Assembly (NCBI GenBank): GCA_963793425.1
Contig: CAWCAG010000007.1
Coordinates: forward strand, 768,001 to 832,000
Direction: 5' to 3'
DNA length: 64,000 bases
From: an uncultured cyanobacterium
Lineage (GTDB): Bacteria > Cyanobacteriota > Cyanobacteriia > Cyanobacteriales > CAWCAG01
The translations under genes were made by a program, and so were the position numbers. This document shows, piece by piece, positions 1 through 9,339 of the stretch; position 1 is the first letter of the stretch, and every line of letters begins with the position of its first letter. A model generated the notes under the pieces. It was given only the letters and a program-made list of their open reading frames with translations, was not told the DNA's origin and did no database searches.

Positions 1-51
1 AATAAATCTCATCATTTTAGATCAATTAAAAATCAAAGCAACTGGTTTATT

Positions 52-717
52 TTATCGTCCCAAGGAGTGCATTTCGTTGATAGTTTCCGTACACTTTTGC
101 GTTAAAGTTTGCAATGCTTCTTTTTTGAGAACATTTGGGGGCGGAATAACTTCGCCGATGCGTACCGTAATAGGAACAGGTTTAGGAAAGGATGAACCTG
201 ATTTTAAAATGTTTTGTGTTCCCCACAAACTGACAGGAAGTATAGGTGCGTTAGCTTTGGTGGCAATGGTAGCAGCCCCTAATTTGGGTTTGGTGATGCG
301 TCCGTCTGGGGTACGACTGCCTTGAAGAAAAATACCTGCTGCCCAGCCTTCATTTAAAGCAGCAACCGCAGCTCGAATTGCGCTACGATCAGCAGCAGAG
401 CGTTTGACAGGGTATGCGCCATACAACTTGATACCTTGCTTGAGGAGAGGAACTTCAAATAACTCTTCTTTAGCCATAAAAGCAACGGGACGACCCATAA
501 CGCAAGATAAGAGGGGAGGGTCAAAATAGCTGGCATGGTTACTAACTATGACTAAAGGCCCTTGTTTCGGAACATTTTCTCTACCATAAACTCGACCACG
601 AAAATAGAAATTGAGGAAGGGGCTAACGAGAGAATATTTGAATAAATAGTAGAGTAAAAGATTGACAGCAGGTTCTCGCTCTCGATTATTGGTTAAGGCT
701 GAATCTTCTACACTCAT
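52..717 (-). CDS. plsC: 1-acyl-sn-glycerol-3-phosphate acyltransferase (lysophospholipid acyltransferase)
   Basis: NHASYFDP (NHxxxxD) motif, FMAKEELF block, FLQGSRT block. Confidence 0.9.
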   Translation of the reverse strand: MSVEDSALTNNREREPAVNLLLYYLFKYSLVSPFLNFYFRGRVYGRENVPKQGPLVIVSNHASYFDPPLLSCVMGRPVAFMAKEELFEVPLLKQGIKLYGAYPVKRSAADRSAIRAAVAALNEGWAAGIFLQGSRTPDGRITKPKLGAATIATKANAPILPVSLWGTQNILKSGSSFPKPVPITVRIGEVIPPPNVLKKEALQTLTQKCTETINEMHSLGR

Positions 718-722
718 GTTTT

Positions 723-1658
723 TTATTTAATAATTGGCTCTACTTTATAGATAGAAAAAACTGATCCTACTGGGTCATTTTTTTCGACATAAACCTGATT
801 ATCAAAATATAAACCGACAGCCGTACCTCCAGCAAATAACATTCCTTCTTCAATTTCCCCTAAACAGTGATTAACCGCAATTCCTTTTAAGACTTCATCA
901 AACATCCCCGGCATCAATTCTTGCCCAAGCTCAGCATCATTAACCAATAAGATAACATGGCCTTTAGCGGTAATAGCTGCCATAGAACGACTTAGTTCTT
1001 TTTGACAAGCAAATTCTCCTAAGTCTTCGCAGATATCTTTAAATTCTCCTTCCTGATAAAACCTGCCGTTGCCGCCGACAATGTTATAGTTATGATTATT
1101 TTCTTCTCTTTTACCAACTTGAATAGTTGCTTGACGTTCTTCCGGTTTTGCTTCAGAGATGGCAAAAGAAGACCTTTTCTTTTTCGCATCACCAGAATAT
1201 TCTGTACCTCGCGAAATATTCAAACCTTCTGGTTGCCCATTGTCACCAATGAAATCCCCATTTATAGCTGCAATAGGCAGTCTTTGTTTTAGTTTTATTT
1301 TGTCATCATTCATAAACTCAGAAAAGGTCTTTTTCACATATTCTTTGCGTAAATTTCCGTTAGTATCTTTGGCATATAGCTCATGATCGAGGGGGAGATG
1401 AACTTGAAAGTCTAAGTTGCGCGATCGCGGATTAAAAATCACGACTTTATTTACGCCTTGCTCGTTTTCTAATCCTTGATTATTCGTTTTAATAAAAGTA
1501 ATATCAAAATTCTCATCTTCTCCGATGCAGAGAGATTCATTGCTGGCGATCGCCTCTGCGTTATTTTGCTTGTGGAGTAAATATAAAATTACTATAGTTA
1601 AATTAAATACAACCAAGAAAACTATTAGCAAGAAAAGAAATTTATTTTTTTTAGACAT
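723..1658 (-). CDS. Phosphodiester glycosidase (NAGPA/DUF2233-like) family protein, N-terminally membrane anchored
   Basis: AAINGDF, GLNISRG, SRSMAAIT and a C-terminal LFAGG resembling the LDGGG motif; N-terminal TM helix. Confidence 0.6.
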   Translation of the reverse strand: MSKKNKFLFLLIVFLVVFNLTIVILYLLHKQNNAEAIASNESLCIGEDENFDITFIKTNNQGLENEQGVNKVVIFNPRSRNLDFQVHLPLDHELYAKDTNGNLRKEYVKKTFSEFMNDDKIKLKQRLPIAAINGDFIGDNGQPEGLNISRGTEYSGDAKKKRSSFAISEAKPEERQATIQVGKREENNHNYNIVGGNGRFYQEGEFKDICEDLGEFACQKELSRSMAAITAKGHVILLVNDAELGQELMPGMFDEVLKGIAVNHCLGEIEEGMLFAGGTAVGLYFDNQVYVEKNDPVGSVFSIYKVEPIIK

Positions 1659-1681
1659 CTTAGATCATTCATCATTTGTCA

Positions 1682-2557
1682 TTAAGAATGTACGTTGCCA
1701 TCAGGTAAAATTGCTCCGGTTAAGTCCACTCCTGTTAACTTAACCATAATACGATTTCCTGAGCCAATTTTGGCTCCTTTTAAATTTGCCCCTCGAAGAT
1801 CCGAACCACTTAAGTCTGCACCAACTAAATTTGCTTCTTGTAAGTTGGCGTTTCTTAAATTAGCTTGAAACAAGTTAGCCCGGAAAAGGTTAGCCCCTTG
1901 GAGGTTAGCTTCTTCTAAGTTGACGTTATGTAAAAAGCTATCTTTCAAGTTCGCATTACTAAGATTGGCCCTTTGAAGATTTCTCCTCGAAAGGTCTTTT
2001 TCTACTAAATCAGCCCCCTGTAAGTTGGCCCCACTTAAATCTTCACCACGGGTTGGAGGACGTTCATAAGTACGTTTCTCTGGGGGCGGAGTTTGCGGTT
2101 GATAATAAGATGTTTTTGGGTAAGAAGGAGTTTTTGTTTGTGATTGAGTATTATTCGGTGGAGATTGAGTTTTGGGTTGATAGTAATAACTTCTCGGTGG
2201 AGGTTGATAATAAGAAGTTTTTGGTGGTGACTGGGTTGTAGCTTGGTGAGGAGGAGTTTTGGGGGTCGATGAAGCTTTGGGTTGATAGTAATAACTTCTC
2301 GGCGGAGGTTGATAATATGAAGTTCTTGGTTGCTGCTTCTCTTTAACGGGCTTGATGGCACGCAACTGTTCCCTGGCTTCGTTGAGGGCTTTTAATTTCG
2401 CTATAGCTTTCTCTTGAAGGCGAGTATTATCTTTGGGAATACGATCTGGATGCCAAATAAAAGCCAAGTCTTTATAGGCTTGGTTTACTTCTTCCGGAGA
2501 CGCTCCTGATTCTATCTCTAGTATTCGGTAATATTTGTCCAGGGGATTCATACTCAT
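1682..2557 (-). CDS. DnaJ-domain / pentapeptide-repeat protein
   Basis: N-terminal J domain with WHPD; C-terminal A(N/D)LxG-type pentapeptide repeats; Pro/Gln/Tyr-rich linker. Confidence 0.9.
   Translation of the reverse strand: MSMNPLDKYYRILEIESGASPEEVNQAYKDLAFIWHPDRIPKDNTRLQEKAIAKLKALNEAREQLRAIKPVKEKQQPRTSYYQPPPRSYYYQPKASSTPKTPPHQATTQSPPKTSYYQPPPRSYYYQPKTQSPPNNTQSQTKTPSYPKTSYYQPQTPPPEKRTYERPPTRGEDLSGANLQGADLVEKDLSRRNLQRANLSNANLKDSFLHNVNLEEANLQGANLFRANLFQANLRNANLQEANLVGADLSGSDLRGANLKGAKIGSGNRIMVKLTGVDLTGAILPDGNVHS
2096..2325 (-). repeat. Intragenic repeat encoding TSYYQPPPRSYYYQPK (2 full copies, 1 partial)
   Basis: Near-identical ~50-nt blocks at ~2171-2222 and ~2276-2325, partial copy at ~2096-2120. 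Confidence 0.85.
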
Positions 2558-2675
2558 TACCTTATTTTACCGTTATCAGTCCCAGGTCTATTTAGTAGCT
2601 TAACGGTGAAATGCTGATGCGATCGCAAGGAAAATGTTAAGAAATTAATTATCCCTTACTTTATACCAGATTTTC

Positions 2676-3392
2676 TTAAAACTGCTGCCACTGTAAAGTA
2701 TAAATAGGAACGTTAAACCAAGGATTATTTGGTTCAGGAATCTTAACTTTGATTACTTGTTGATAATTAGGATCTGCTTCAATCCAAGTTTGATTTCCTA
2801 TGTAAGCTAAAATATGTACTCCATCTGCGGTTACAGCTAAGTCTCCTGGCTTGATGCGATTGTGGTTTAATTCGTTGATACTGGGGCTAAGAAACAGTTG
2901 TTTTGTATAGTTTTTATATTCGTCTCTTAATGCTACTGCTGAGGTATCGTGCCACCAAAGAGAAAGACCTTTCCTGATTAAATTAGGATTGAATGAAAGT
3001 AATCCTTGTTGCCAATTAGCTTTGATTAAACCTTGGCGTACTAAACCAGAACAATCAATACCAATTTTATTTTCACCACCCCACACATAGGGACTTCCTT
3101 GATATTTACTTAACTGTTGAACATAGCTTTGTCGTAAGGCAGATGTGTCGATTATTTCTCTACCTGGCAAAAGTGTCAAACTTGCTACAATCACTAATAA
3201 AATTAAGCAAGTAATTCGGACTATTTTCTGTGGCCAAAAAATGAACAAACCACCGCAAAAAGCTGATACTAGCAAAATAACAATAGTTAAGCGCAATATG
3301 CCGTAACTAATTGGATAAAGCAAAAATACGGGCAAGAGAATCAAGTTTAAATACCATAATCTTTTGATTGCGCTGCGGTTGATTTTGACCAT
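2676..3392 (-). CDS. NlpC/P60 family protein with N-terminal TM helices
   Basis: PYVWGG, GIDCSGLV (catalytic Cys), PGDL, HILAYIG. Confidence 0.85.
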   Translation of the reverse strand: MVKINRSAIKRLWYLNLILLPVFLLYPISYGILRLTIVILLVSAFCGGLFIFWPQKIVRITCLILLVIVASLTLLPGREIIDTSALRQSYVQQLSKYQGSPYVWGGENKIGIDCSGLVRQGLIKANWQQGLLSFNPNLIRKGLSLWWHDTSAVALRDEYKNYTKQLFLSPSINELNHNRIKPGDLAVTADGVHILAYIGNQTWIEADPNYQQVIKVKIPEPNNPWFNVPIYTLQWQQF

Positions 3393-3574
3393 TTGTTTGG
3401 GAATTAGGTGATTGAGAATTGTAGGGCTTGCCGTTGTCGTAGACTAAATTGGGTAATGGAGAGTGGTTAAATGTTTAATGTTTAATGTCTAAATGCACAT
3501 TAGCTTATATCTCGATTATAATTTAGAAAAAAAGAGTATTAGGATCTTTTTTGTTCTATCAAGAGAAGTTAATT

Positions 3575-3847
3575 ATGGAATCTGAAAAATCTTCAACTCC
3601 GCTAATAACCCCAGAGGAAGCAAAAGATAGTAAGGTTGTTACCCCAATCAAAAAGTTTGCTTTTGGTATGGGCTGGGGACTATTTCTAGTAGCTATTTAT
3701 TGGAGTTATAGCCTTTTTTATCATAGTTCAGTACCTTTAGCTACAGGAATAATTGCTTCGTTGGTATTTGCTATAACTTGTGGCTTAATAACTATGAAGG
3801 TAGGCTATGAAGCCTTGGATAATATTATAAACAGCCTGCCTTTCTAA
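3575..3847 (+). CDS. Hypothetical two-TM membrane protein
   Basis: ORF with two hydrophobic segments; ATG at 3575 preferred over the upstream TTG. Confidence 0.6.
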   Translation: MESEKSSTPLITPEEAKDSKVVTPIKKFAFGMGWGLFLVAIYWSYSLFYHSSVPLATGIIASLVFAITCGLITMKVGYEALDNIINSLPF

Positions 3848-3881
3848 GCAAAGGAAGTTTAAGCAACAAATCCTAATGAAA

Positions 3882-3912
3882 CTTATTACTTATTACTTAT
3901 TACTTATTACTT
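3882..3912. repeat. Heptamer tandem repeat (TTATTAC)n, STRR-like
   Basis: Four copies overlapping the GT2 stop codon. Confidence 0.8.
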
Positions 3913-4846
3913 GCTCAAACCCAGCTATTTCCGATAAAACATATAGAGGACGACCCTTAACTTCTTCATAGATTCGGCCAATATATTCTCCTAAAATACC
4001 GATACTAACTAACTGCACTGCACCGAGAAAGAAAATAGCGATCGCAATAGTAGCAAAACCAGTTAAAGGGGAATTTGGTGAAACAATGCGCCAGTAAAGA
4101 ACCATTCCTGCCATGATTATTGCCACTCCTGCTGCTAATAACCCCATGTAAGTAGAGAGTCGTAAAGGCACTACAGAAAAAGAAACCAAACCATTCATGG
4201 CAAAGGCAAAAGATTTCGCGAAAGTATATTTAACTTCCCCGGAAAAACGCGGATCTCTCTCAAAACGAATTGCTTTTTGTCGGAAACCTACCCAAGAACG
4301 CAAACCCCGAATATAACGGTTACGTTCGGGCATTTTGTTTAATAAGTCAACTACCCGACGATCCATTAAACAAAAATCCCCTGTATCTGTGGGAATATCT
4401 ACATCTGTAAGGCGTTTGAGGAGGCGGTAAAAAATATAAGCAGGTAAACGCTTGCCCCAACTTTCTTGCTTACGCTTACTACGTTGGGCGTAAATAACTT
4501 GATATCCTTCTTGCCAAAGATGCAACATCTGGGGGATTAATTCCGGGGGATCTTGTAAGTCTCCATCCATGACGACAACTGCTTGCCCCCGGACAAAATT
4601 TAAACCGGCGGTGACAGCAATTTGATGACCAAAGTTGCGGGCAAAACTAAGGTAGCAAATACGACTATCCTGTTGTTGTAATTCTTGCAACAAAGCTAAA
4701 GAGCGATCGCGGCTACCATCATTAACAAAAACAAATTCTACTTCCCCAGCCCAAGATTTACTTGCCGAATTTAAGCGCCGATATAATTCTGGGAGATTAC
4801 TTTCTTCGTTATAAATAGGGATAACCAAAGAATACTGAGGCTGCAT
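3893..4846 (-). CDS. Glycosyltransferase family 2 (GtrB / polyprenol-phosphate glycosyltransferase type)
   Basis: [29 protein letters not shown], two C-terminal TM helices, [15 protein letters not shown]. Confidence 0.92.
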   Translation of the reverse strand: MQPQYSLVIPIYNEESNLPELYRRLNSASKSWAGEVEFVFVNDGSRDRSLALLQELQQQDSRICYLSFARNFGHQIAVTAGLNFVRGQAVVVMDGDLQDPPELIPQMLHLWQEGYQVIYAQRSKRKQESWGKRLPAYIFYRLLKRLTDVDIPTDTGDFCLMDRRVVDLLNKMPERNRYIRGLRSWVGFRQKAIRFERDPRFSGEVKYTFAKSFAFAMNGLVSFSVVPLRLSTYMGLLAAGVAIIMAGMVLYWRIVSPNSPLTGFATIAIAIFFLGAVQLVSIGILGEYIGRIYEEVKGRPLYVLSEIAGFEQVISNK

Positions 4847-4854
4847 AAGTTGTG

Positions 4855-4881
4855 AAGTAATAAGTAATAAGTAATAAGTAA
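4855..4881. repeat. Heptamer tandem repeat (AAGTAAT)n, STRR-like
   Basis: ~4 copies upstream of the GT2 start; reverse complement of the 3882-3912 array. Confidence 0.8.
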
Positions 4882-5328
4882 AGAATATACTATTGTTGAT
4901 ACAAAGATTATTATAGTAATCGTTATTATAGCTGTGGGGGGAGTAAAAGTTGGTTATCCTTATATGGCGGATTCAGGAGTGTTGAATGTGAGAGGTTTTG
5001 CAGTTGAAAATAGACACAATGAGCCTATAGTCAAGCAAATAGCTCATAGAAATACCATCTTTTTAAACCAGTGAACATAATAATATTTTTAGAGATAAAC
5101 GTTTTTAAACAGCAAGGCTTTTGTAACACTTTTCTACTAAACTATTTAGAAGCTGTTAAAGTTTTCTCAAAAAGTTAATAACTGCGATCGCATCTTGTTT
5201 ATATCACAGAGTAAGTTACAAATAATGGGTTATAAAATAGACTCTAAAATCTCAGGTATTAGTTATCTAAATTTGGCTCTATCAATTACTTCATCCATGA
5301 CACTATTTTAGGCTTGACACGCCAATAG

Positions 5329-5431
5329 TGGCGTGACACGCCTAAAATGATGCTTTAGAAAAAGAGTCATACTGTTTTTATTCATGTTTCTAAGTGATAA
5401 TCTATTGCACTACTTTAGCTGTGTCACGCCA
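5329..5431. mobile_element. Putative MITE with ~25-bp imperfect terminal inverted repeats; an extra orphan end lies at 5301-5324
   Basis: TGGCGTGACACGCCTAAAATGATGC ... GCACTACTTTAGCTGTGTCACGCCA, flanked by ATAG and GTAG; CACTATTTTAGGCTTGACACGCCA directly upstream. Confidence 0.6.
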
Positions 5432-5500
5432 GTAGGGTGGGTTAGGCGGGCTATCATAAATGTGCTTAAATCAAAAAGCCCTTGTCCGCCGTAACGCACC
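5432..5500 (+). repeat. GTAG-type REP-like palindrome
   Basis: GTAG-GGTGGGTTAGGCGG ... CCGCCGTAACGCACC imperfect inverted arms. Confidence 0.6.
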
Positions 5501-5558
5501 GACTCCCATCTGAATTACTATGCGATCGCAGTTAATAATCGCAACCAAAGATAAGAGT

Positions 5559-5592
5559 TAGGGAGTGGGGAGTTTCTACTCCCCACTCCCTA
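5559..5592 (-). terminator. Stem-loop downstream of the DUF928 gene, built from inverted GGGAGT(G/A)G-type heptamers
   Basis: TAGGGAGTGGGGAG-tttcta-CTCCCCACTCCCTA, perfect 14-bp stem 15 nt after the stop; no clear U-tract. Confidence 0.55.
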
Positions 5593-5607
5593 CCCTTGAT
5601 AGCAACT

Positions 5608-6621
5608 TTACAACTGTTCTGTCAATGGTTGAGTTGCAACTGCTTCTAAATCTACTTGCTGCAACAAGTCTTGCCATTCGTTTTGCAAACTACTATTATT
5701 CGGCTGCTCTAACTTGGCACTAGCAATTAAGCTTAAGGTATCATACCAAATTCCTGCATTGGCATATAAAGCAGCCCGTTGAACAGAAGTTAATTCTGCA
5801 TTAGCAATGGCTTCTGTTGGTGGTGCAACCCGTTTCACCCAACCAGTAACCCCGTAATTATCTGGCCGTAAAATGCCTTTTGGTTCAATGGTAGCAAAGA
5901 ACCATTGATAATCTTCACCTAACTCTAACTCTGGGGCATCTTCTGGTAAAGTGAAGCTGAGAATTCCTCCTTGACCAGAAACCTCTAAGGTGGTTTGGTA
6001 GAGACTTTGCTTATTTTTATCTTGGATGCTGAAAAATATCTGTTTAACGGAACTTTCCGGTAGATAAACATGAAAAGTCGGACGGGAAGTGGCGGTATAT
6101 CCGTATTTGTTGCTGGGAAGTAAGGGAATAACCTTTGCTAATTCTTCATCACTGCGACTCCCTCCTCCTACTGTCCTTCCGGGGGCTGGTTTACCTACGG
6201 GGCGAAATGCCAAATCACCACGACTGCCGCCTCCTATACTGCTGCTTGGTGCAGGCTCTCCTACAGGACGAAATTCAAGCTCACCGCGACTTCCTCCTCC
6301 CACACCACTTCGGGGGGCTGGTTCACCCACAGGACGAAATTCGACATCGCCACGACTTGCACCCCCTGTACCACTCTCTGGGGCTGGTTTTCCTGGAACC
6401 TTAAACTGAATATCGCCGCGACTTGCTCCCCCTGTGCCACTTTGGGGGGCTGGCTCTCCTGGGGGTTGAAATTTGATATCTGGAACTAGATTATCATCAC
6501 TTGGTGTAGCTTGGGCAAAAGCGGACTGAGATAAACTACTACCGACGGCAATTAAGCCTGTGAAAATGAAGAAAAATAGCTGACGAGAAAGAGAACTTTG
6601 TAATTTAAACATGGATAGCAA
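5608..6621 (-). CDS. DUF928 domain protein with signal peptide and five N-terminal 22-aa repeats
   Basis: LLP..GYT...PTFHVYLP, LELGEDYQWFF, GWVKRV, YANAGIWYDTL, W..LL..V.L; AFA-Q signal cleavage site. Confidence 0.88.
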   Translation of the reverse strand: MLSMFKLQSSLSRQLFFFIFTGLIAVGSSLSQSAFAQATPSDDNLVPDIKFQPPGEPAPQSGTGGASRGDIQFKVPGKPAPESGTGGASRGDVEFRPVGEPAPRSGVGGGSRGELEFRPVGEPAPSSSIGGGSRGDLAFRPVGKPAPGRTVGGGSRSDEELAKVIPLLPSNKYGYTATSRPTFHVYLPESSVKQIFFSIQDKNKQSLYQTTLEVSGQGGILSFTLPEDAPELELGEDYQWFFATIEPKGILRPDNYGVTGWVKRVAPPTEAIANAELTSVQRAALYANAGIWYDTLSLIASAKLEQPNNSSLQNEWQDLLQQVDLEAVATQPLTEQL

Positions 6622-6652
6622 TCCTAAGTGATGATGAACAAAAAGTGACTCC

Positions 6653-9238
6653 TTACAACCAGTTGCCCACTAAGACAAAAGGGGCCCAATAATAGGGATG
6701 GTTATAAAGGGGGTTTTTCAATAACTTAAGTTGAGCTTGACGCAGGGATTCTGCTTTGGTTAAACTGACATCAACTTTAGTTAGTTGTTGATAAAACTCG
6801 CTCATAAGTTCAGCAGTAGACTGGTCGTTAACAGACCAGAGAGTTGCTACAGTGCTGAGCGCTCCTGATCGTAAGGCAAATCCCGCTAATCCTAGGGCTG
6901 CTCGTCGATCTCCTGCTGCTGTTTGACAAGCACTAAGAACAAGTAACTCTACAGGTTTGGTTCCTTGACCCTTTTCTTGGAACAAACGAGCAAAATCCTT
7001 AACTTTAATCCGATCGTCCCAAGTGAGTAAAAAAGTCTGTTCTGGATCAGAACTAAACTGCCCGTGGGTGGCTAGGTGAACGATGCCAAAGTCCTTGGCT
7101 TGAATTTGGCTTTGGAAAGCAAGACGGGTAAAGTTCTCATCTAGCATCACTTTAGGGTCATTCAAATCAGCAGAGATTTGTTCTACTTCTACGGCGACTC
7201 CGGGTAAGGGCGGAAACCCAGCGCGAGCTTCGGTCAACCCGGCGGTTAAGGCTTGGAGCTTGGCTCTCGAACGTGCTTGTGGTAGTAGTTGCAACCCAGG
7301 ACTCAGAGCGATGCTATACTTTTCGATTAAGTATTGCTTACCATCATAAAGGGCATTCATGGGCAAGCTTCTTAAGAAGCCGTCAAGGACAAACACGAGG
7401 GTTTGAATATTATTGCTTGCTAAGTCTTCCTCCGCAGATTGGATTAGCCAGCCATAAACCTGTTGGGCAAGTTGCAGTCGCTCTTCATTAGAATACCCCA
7501 AATAGAAGGAAGAGTATAGTTTTTGTAGTATATTGTTGACTTTCTGGGAGTCCAATTGAGTGGCATAATGCTTTAAGGGTTGATCTGGTAAAGAAAGAAT
7601 TACTTCTAAGCGATCGCTTAAAATGATCGGGTAAATAACCGCTGCTTTAGCATCAAGGCTTTCAAGTTCCACCGGACGAGCTTCTAAACAAGCTTCTTGG
7701 AAGAAGTCTTCTATTTCTGCTAGCTGCAAGGCTTCGATTACTTGACGGGCTTGTTGCAGATTGTCTTGATTATCCTCTGCTTGCAATAATAAACTGACTA
7801 ATTCTCGGTAAACCGGTTCAACGCTTTCTTGAAAATCAAATTGAATATCAGAATTTACGGAGACAAGATCACTGCGTAACTTTTGTAGAGTTTCCCAAGC
7901 TTGTTGATAAGAGGTGATCGCCTTTTGGGTTTTATTTTCTTGCTTAAATACTTTACCCAATTGCCAGGAAGTACGGGCGATTAAATCATCAGCGTTAATG
8001 GTTTGGGCGATGTAAAGTGCTTGTTGGGTAACTTCAGTAGCTTCTGCCCATTGTTGCTTTTGGCTATAAAGTTTACCTAATTGGTTAAGTATTGCGGCTT
8101 CGGCACGGGGATCTTGTAGTTGCTTGGCTTCTTTTACTCCCTCTGCTAATAACTGAGCAATTTCTGAGTCATAATTAGCCCTGGAGGAAAACTTCATCAA
8201 ACTTTCGGCAAAATTAACCCTGGCATAAACCAAAGCCCTGTTGGGAGGTAAGTTTTTGATTTGGGCCTTGATTGAGGGTATAAGCTGAGTTGCGTCATTC
8301 AGCCTTTCCTGAGCAACCAAGAGGCTTAATTGATTTAATTGAGCTTGGAGAACAATGATCGGATTTTGGGCCGTCTTCGCCGCTTCTTGATAGTAATCTA
8401 GGGCAACTTGTTCTTGTCCTAAGTTCCTAGCAACGTTAGCCAAACTAAAAATTGTGGCACTCACATCATCTGTTGAATTGAGGCGATCGCTAATATGCCA
8501 ACTCTCCTCTAAAATAACCTTAGCTTGGCGCAGATCTCCAACGGTTTGTAAAGCCCGCCCCAAACTTCTCAAACCATCAGCTTTGAGTAAAGAATCTGGT
8601 TGAGATTGCAATTGTTGCTCAATTTTTTCTAAGAGGGATTTTGCTTGACGATACTGTCCTAAAACTTGCAGGGCTTGGGCTTGGTTGATTTGAGAGCCTA
8701 ACCTCCCTTGGTCATTCCCTGCCTCTTGGTATTTTTGTGCTGCTTGTTTCCAAGTCTCCAGGGCAGCTTCAGTTTGTCCCCTAGCCAGTTGCCAACTCCC
8801 TTGATTGTTTAAGGTTTGCCCCCACAAAGCAATACCCATAGAGGTTAATTCTGACTGACTTTGCAATAATGTTAAGCTAGCGGCGATCGCCTCTTTAGCT
8901 TCTGACCATTTTCCTAAGTCTTGATAAACTAAGGTGAGGTAATTCAAGGTCTGAACTTGCTTAAGAGTAGCGTCTTGTTGTTGATAGTTATCCAGTACTT
9001 GTTGCCAGGTTGTAGCAGCTTCAGCTAATCTTCCTCCTTCATAAAGCTGTTTGCCTTGTTGCAAAAGGTTGACTTGTACTATTTGATTATGTTGAAGGGG
9101 AGGACTTTGGGCTACAGCAGGAATAAAAGATGTCACCACAAATAAAGTGGCGATCGCCCAAGCAACAAACTTAACCTTACTGAAGCCTGTCCTTGCAAAC
9201 AAGTACTTAACAGTACGTTTAATTTCCCAGAGAAACAT
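6653..9238 (-). CDS. TPR + CHAT (caspase/HetF-like, clan CD) protease with predicted signal peptide
   Basis: TPR-like helices; IVHLATHGQF (His), LLVLSACQTA (Cys), ATLWSVND, HPYYWAPFVLVGNWL. Confidence 0.92.
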   Translation of the reverse strand: MFLWEIKRTVKYLFARTGFSKVKFVAWAIATLFVVTSFIPAVAQSPPLQHNQIVQVNLLQQGKQLYEGGRLAEAATTWQQVLDNYQQQDATLKQVQTLNYLTLVYQDLGKWSEAKEAIAASLTLLQSQSELTSMGIALWGQTLNNQGSWQLARGQTEAALETWKQAAQKYQEAGNDQGRLGSQINQAQALQVLGQYRQAKSLLEKIEQQLQSQPDSLLKADGLRSLGRALQTVGDLRQAKVILEESWHISDRLNSTDDVSATIFSLANVARNLGQEQVALDYYQEAAKTAQNPIIVLQAQLNQLSLLVAQERLNDATQLIPSIKAQIKNLPPNRALVYARVNFAESLMKFSSRANYDSEIAQLLAEGVKEAKQLQDPRAEAAILNQLGKLYSQKQQWAEATEVTQQALYIAQTINADDLIARTSWQLGKVFKQENKTQKAITSYQQAWETLQKLRSDLVSVNSDIQFDFQESVEPVYRELVSLLLQAEDNQDNLQQARQVIEALQLAEIEDFFQEACLEARPVELESLDAKAAVIYPIILSDRLEVILSLPDQPLKHYATQLDSQKVNNILQKLYSSFYLGYSNEERLQLAQQVYGWLIQSAEEDLASNNIQTLVFVLDGFLRSLPMNALYDGKQYLIEKYSIALSPGLQLLPQARSRAKLQALTAGLTEARAGFPPLPGVAVEVEQISADLNDPKVMLDENFTRLAFQSQIQAKDFGIVHLATHGQFSSDPEQTFLLTWDDRIKVKDFARLFQEKGQGTKPVELLVLSACQTAAGDRRAALGLAGFALRSGALSTVATLWSVNDQSTAELMSEFYQQLTKVDVSLTKAESLRQAQLKLLKNPLYNHPYYWAPFVLVGNWL

Positions 9239-9339
9239 GACATTAATACCAATTTGCTTAAAGTTTTCTATGCAGAAGGGAGCAAGAAGCTGGGAACAGC
9301 GTAGATTTACTCATTACCCATTACCCATTACCTATTTAC

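Noticed and set aside
4964..5074. 36-aa [14 protein letters not shown].. in the intergenic region
   Set aside because: No clear RBS or motif; a length expected by chance
6089..6480. 66-nt periodic DNA as a possible CRISPR array, and the repetitive antisense ORFs over it
   Set aside because: The units are degenerate throughout with no constant repeat and unique spacer, lie in frame in DUF928, and no cas genes are present
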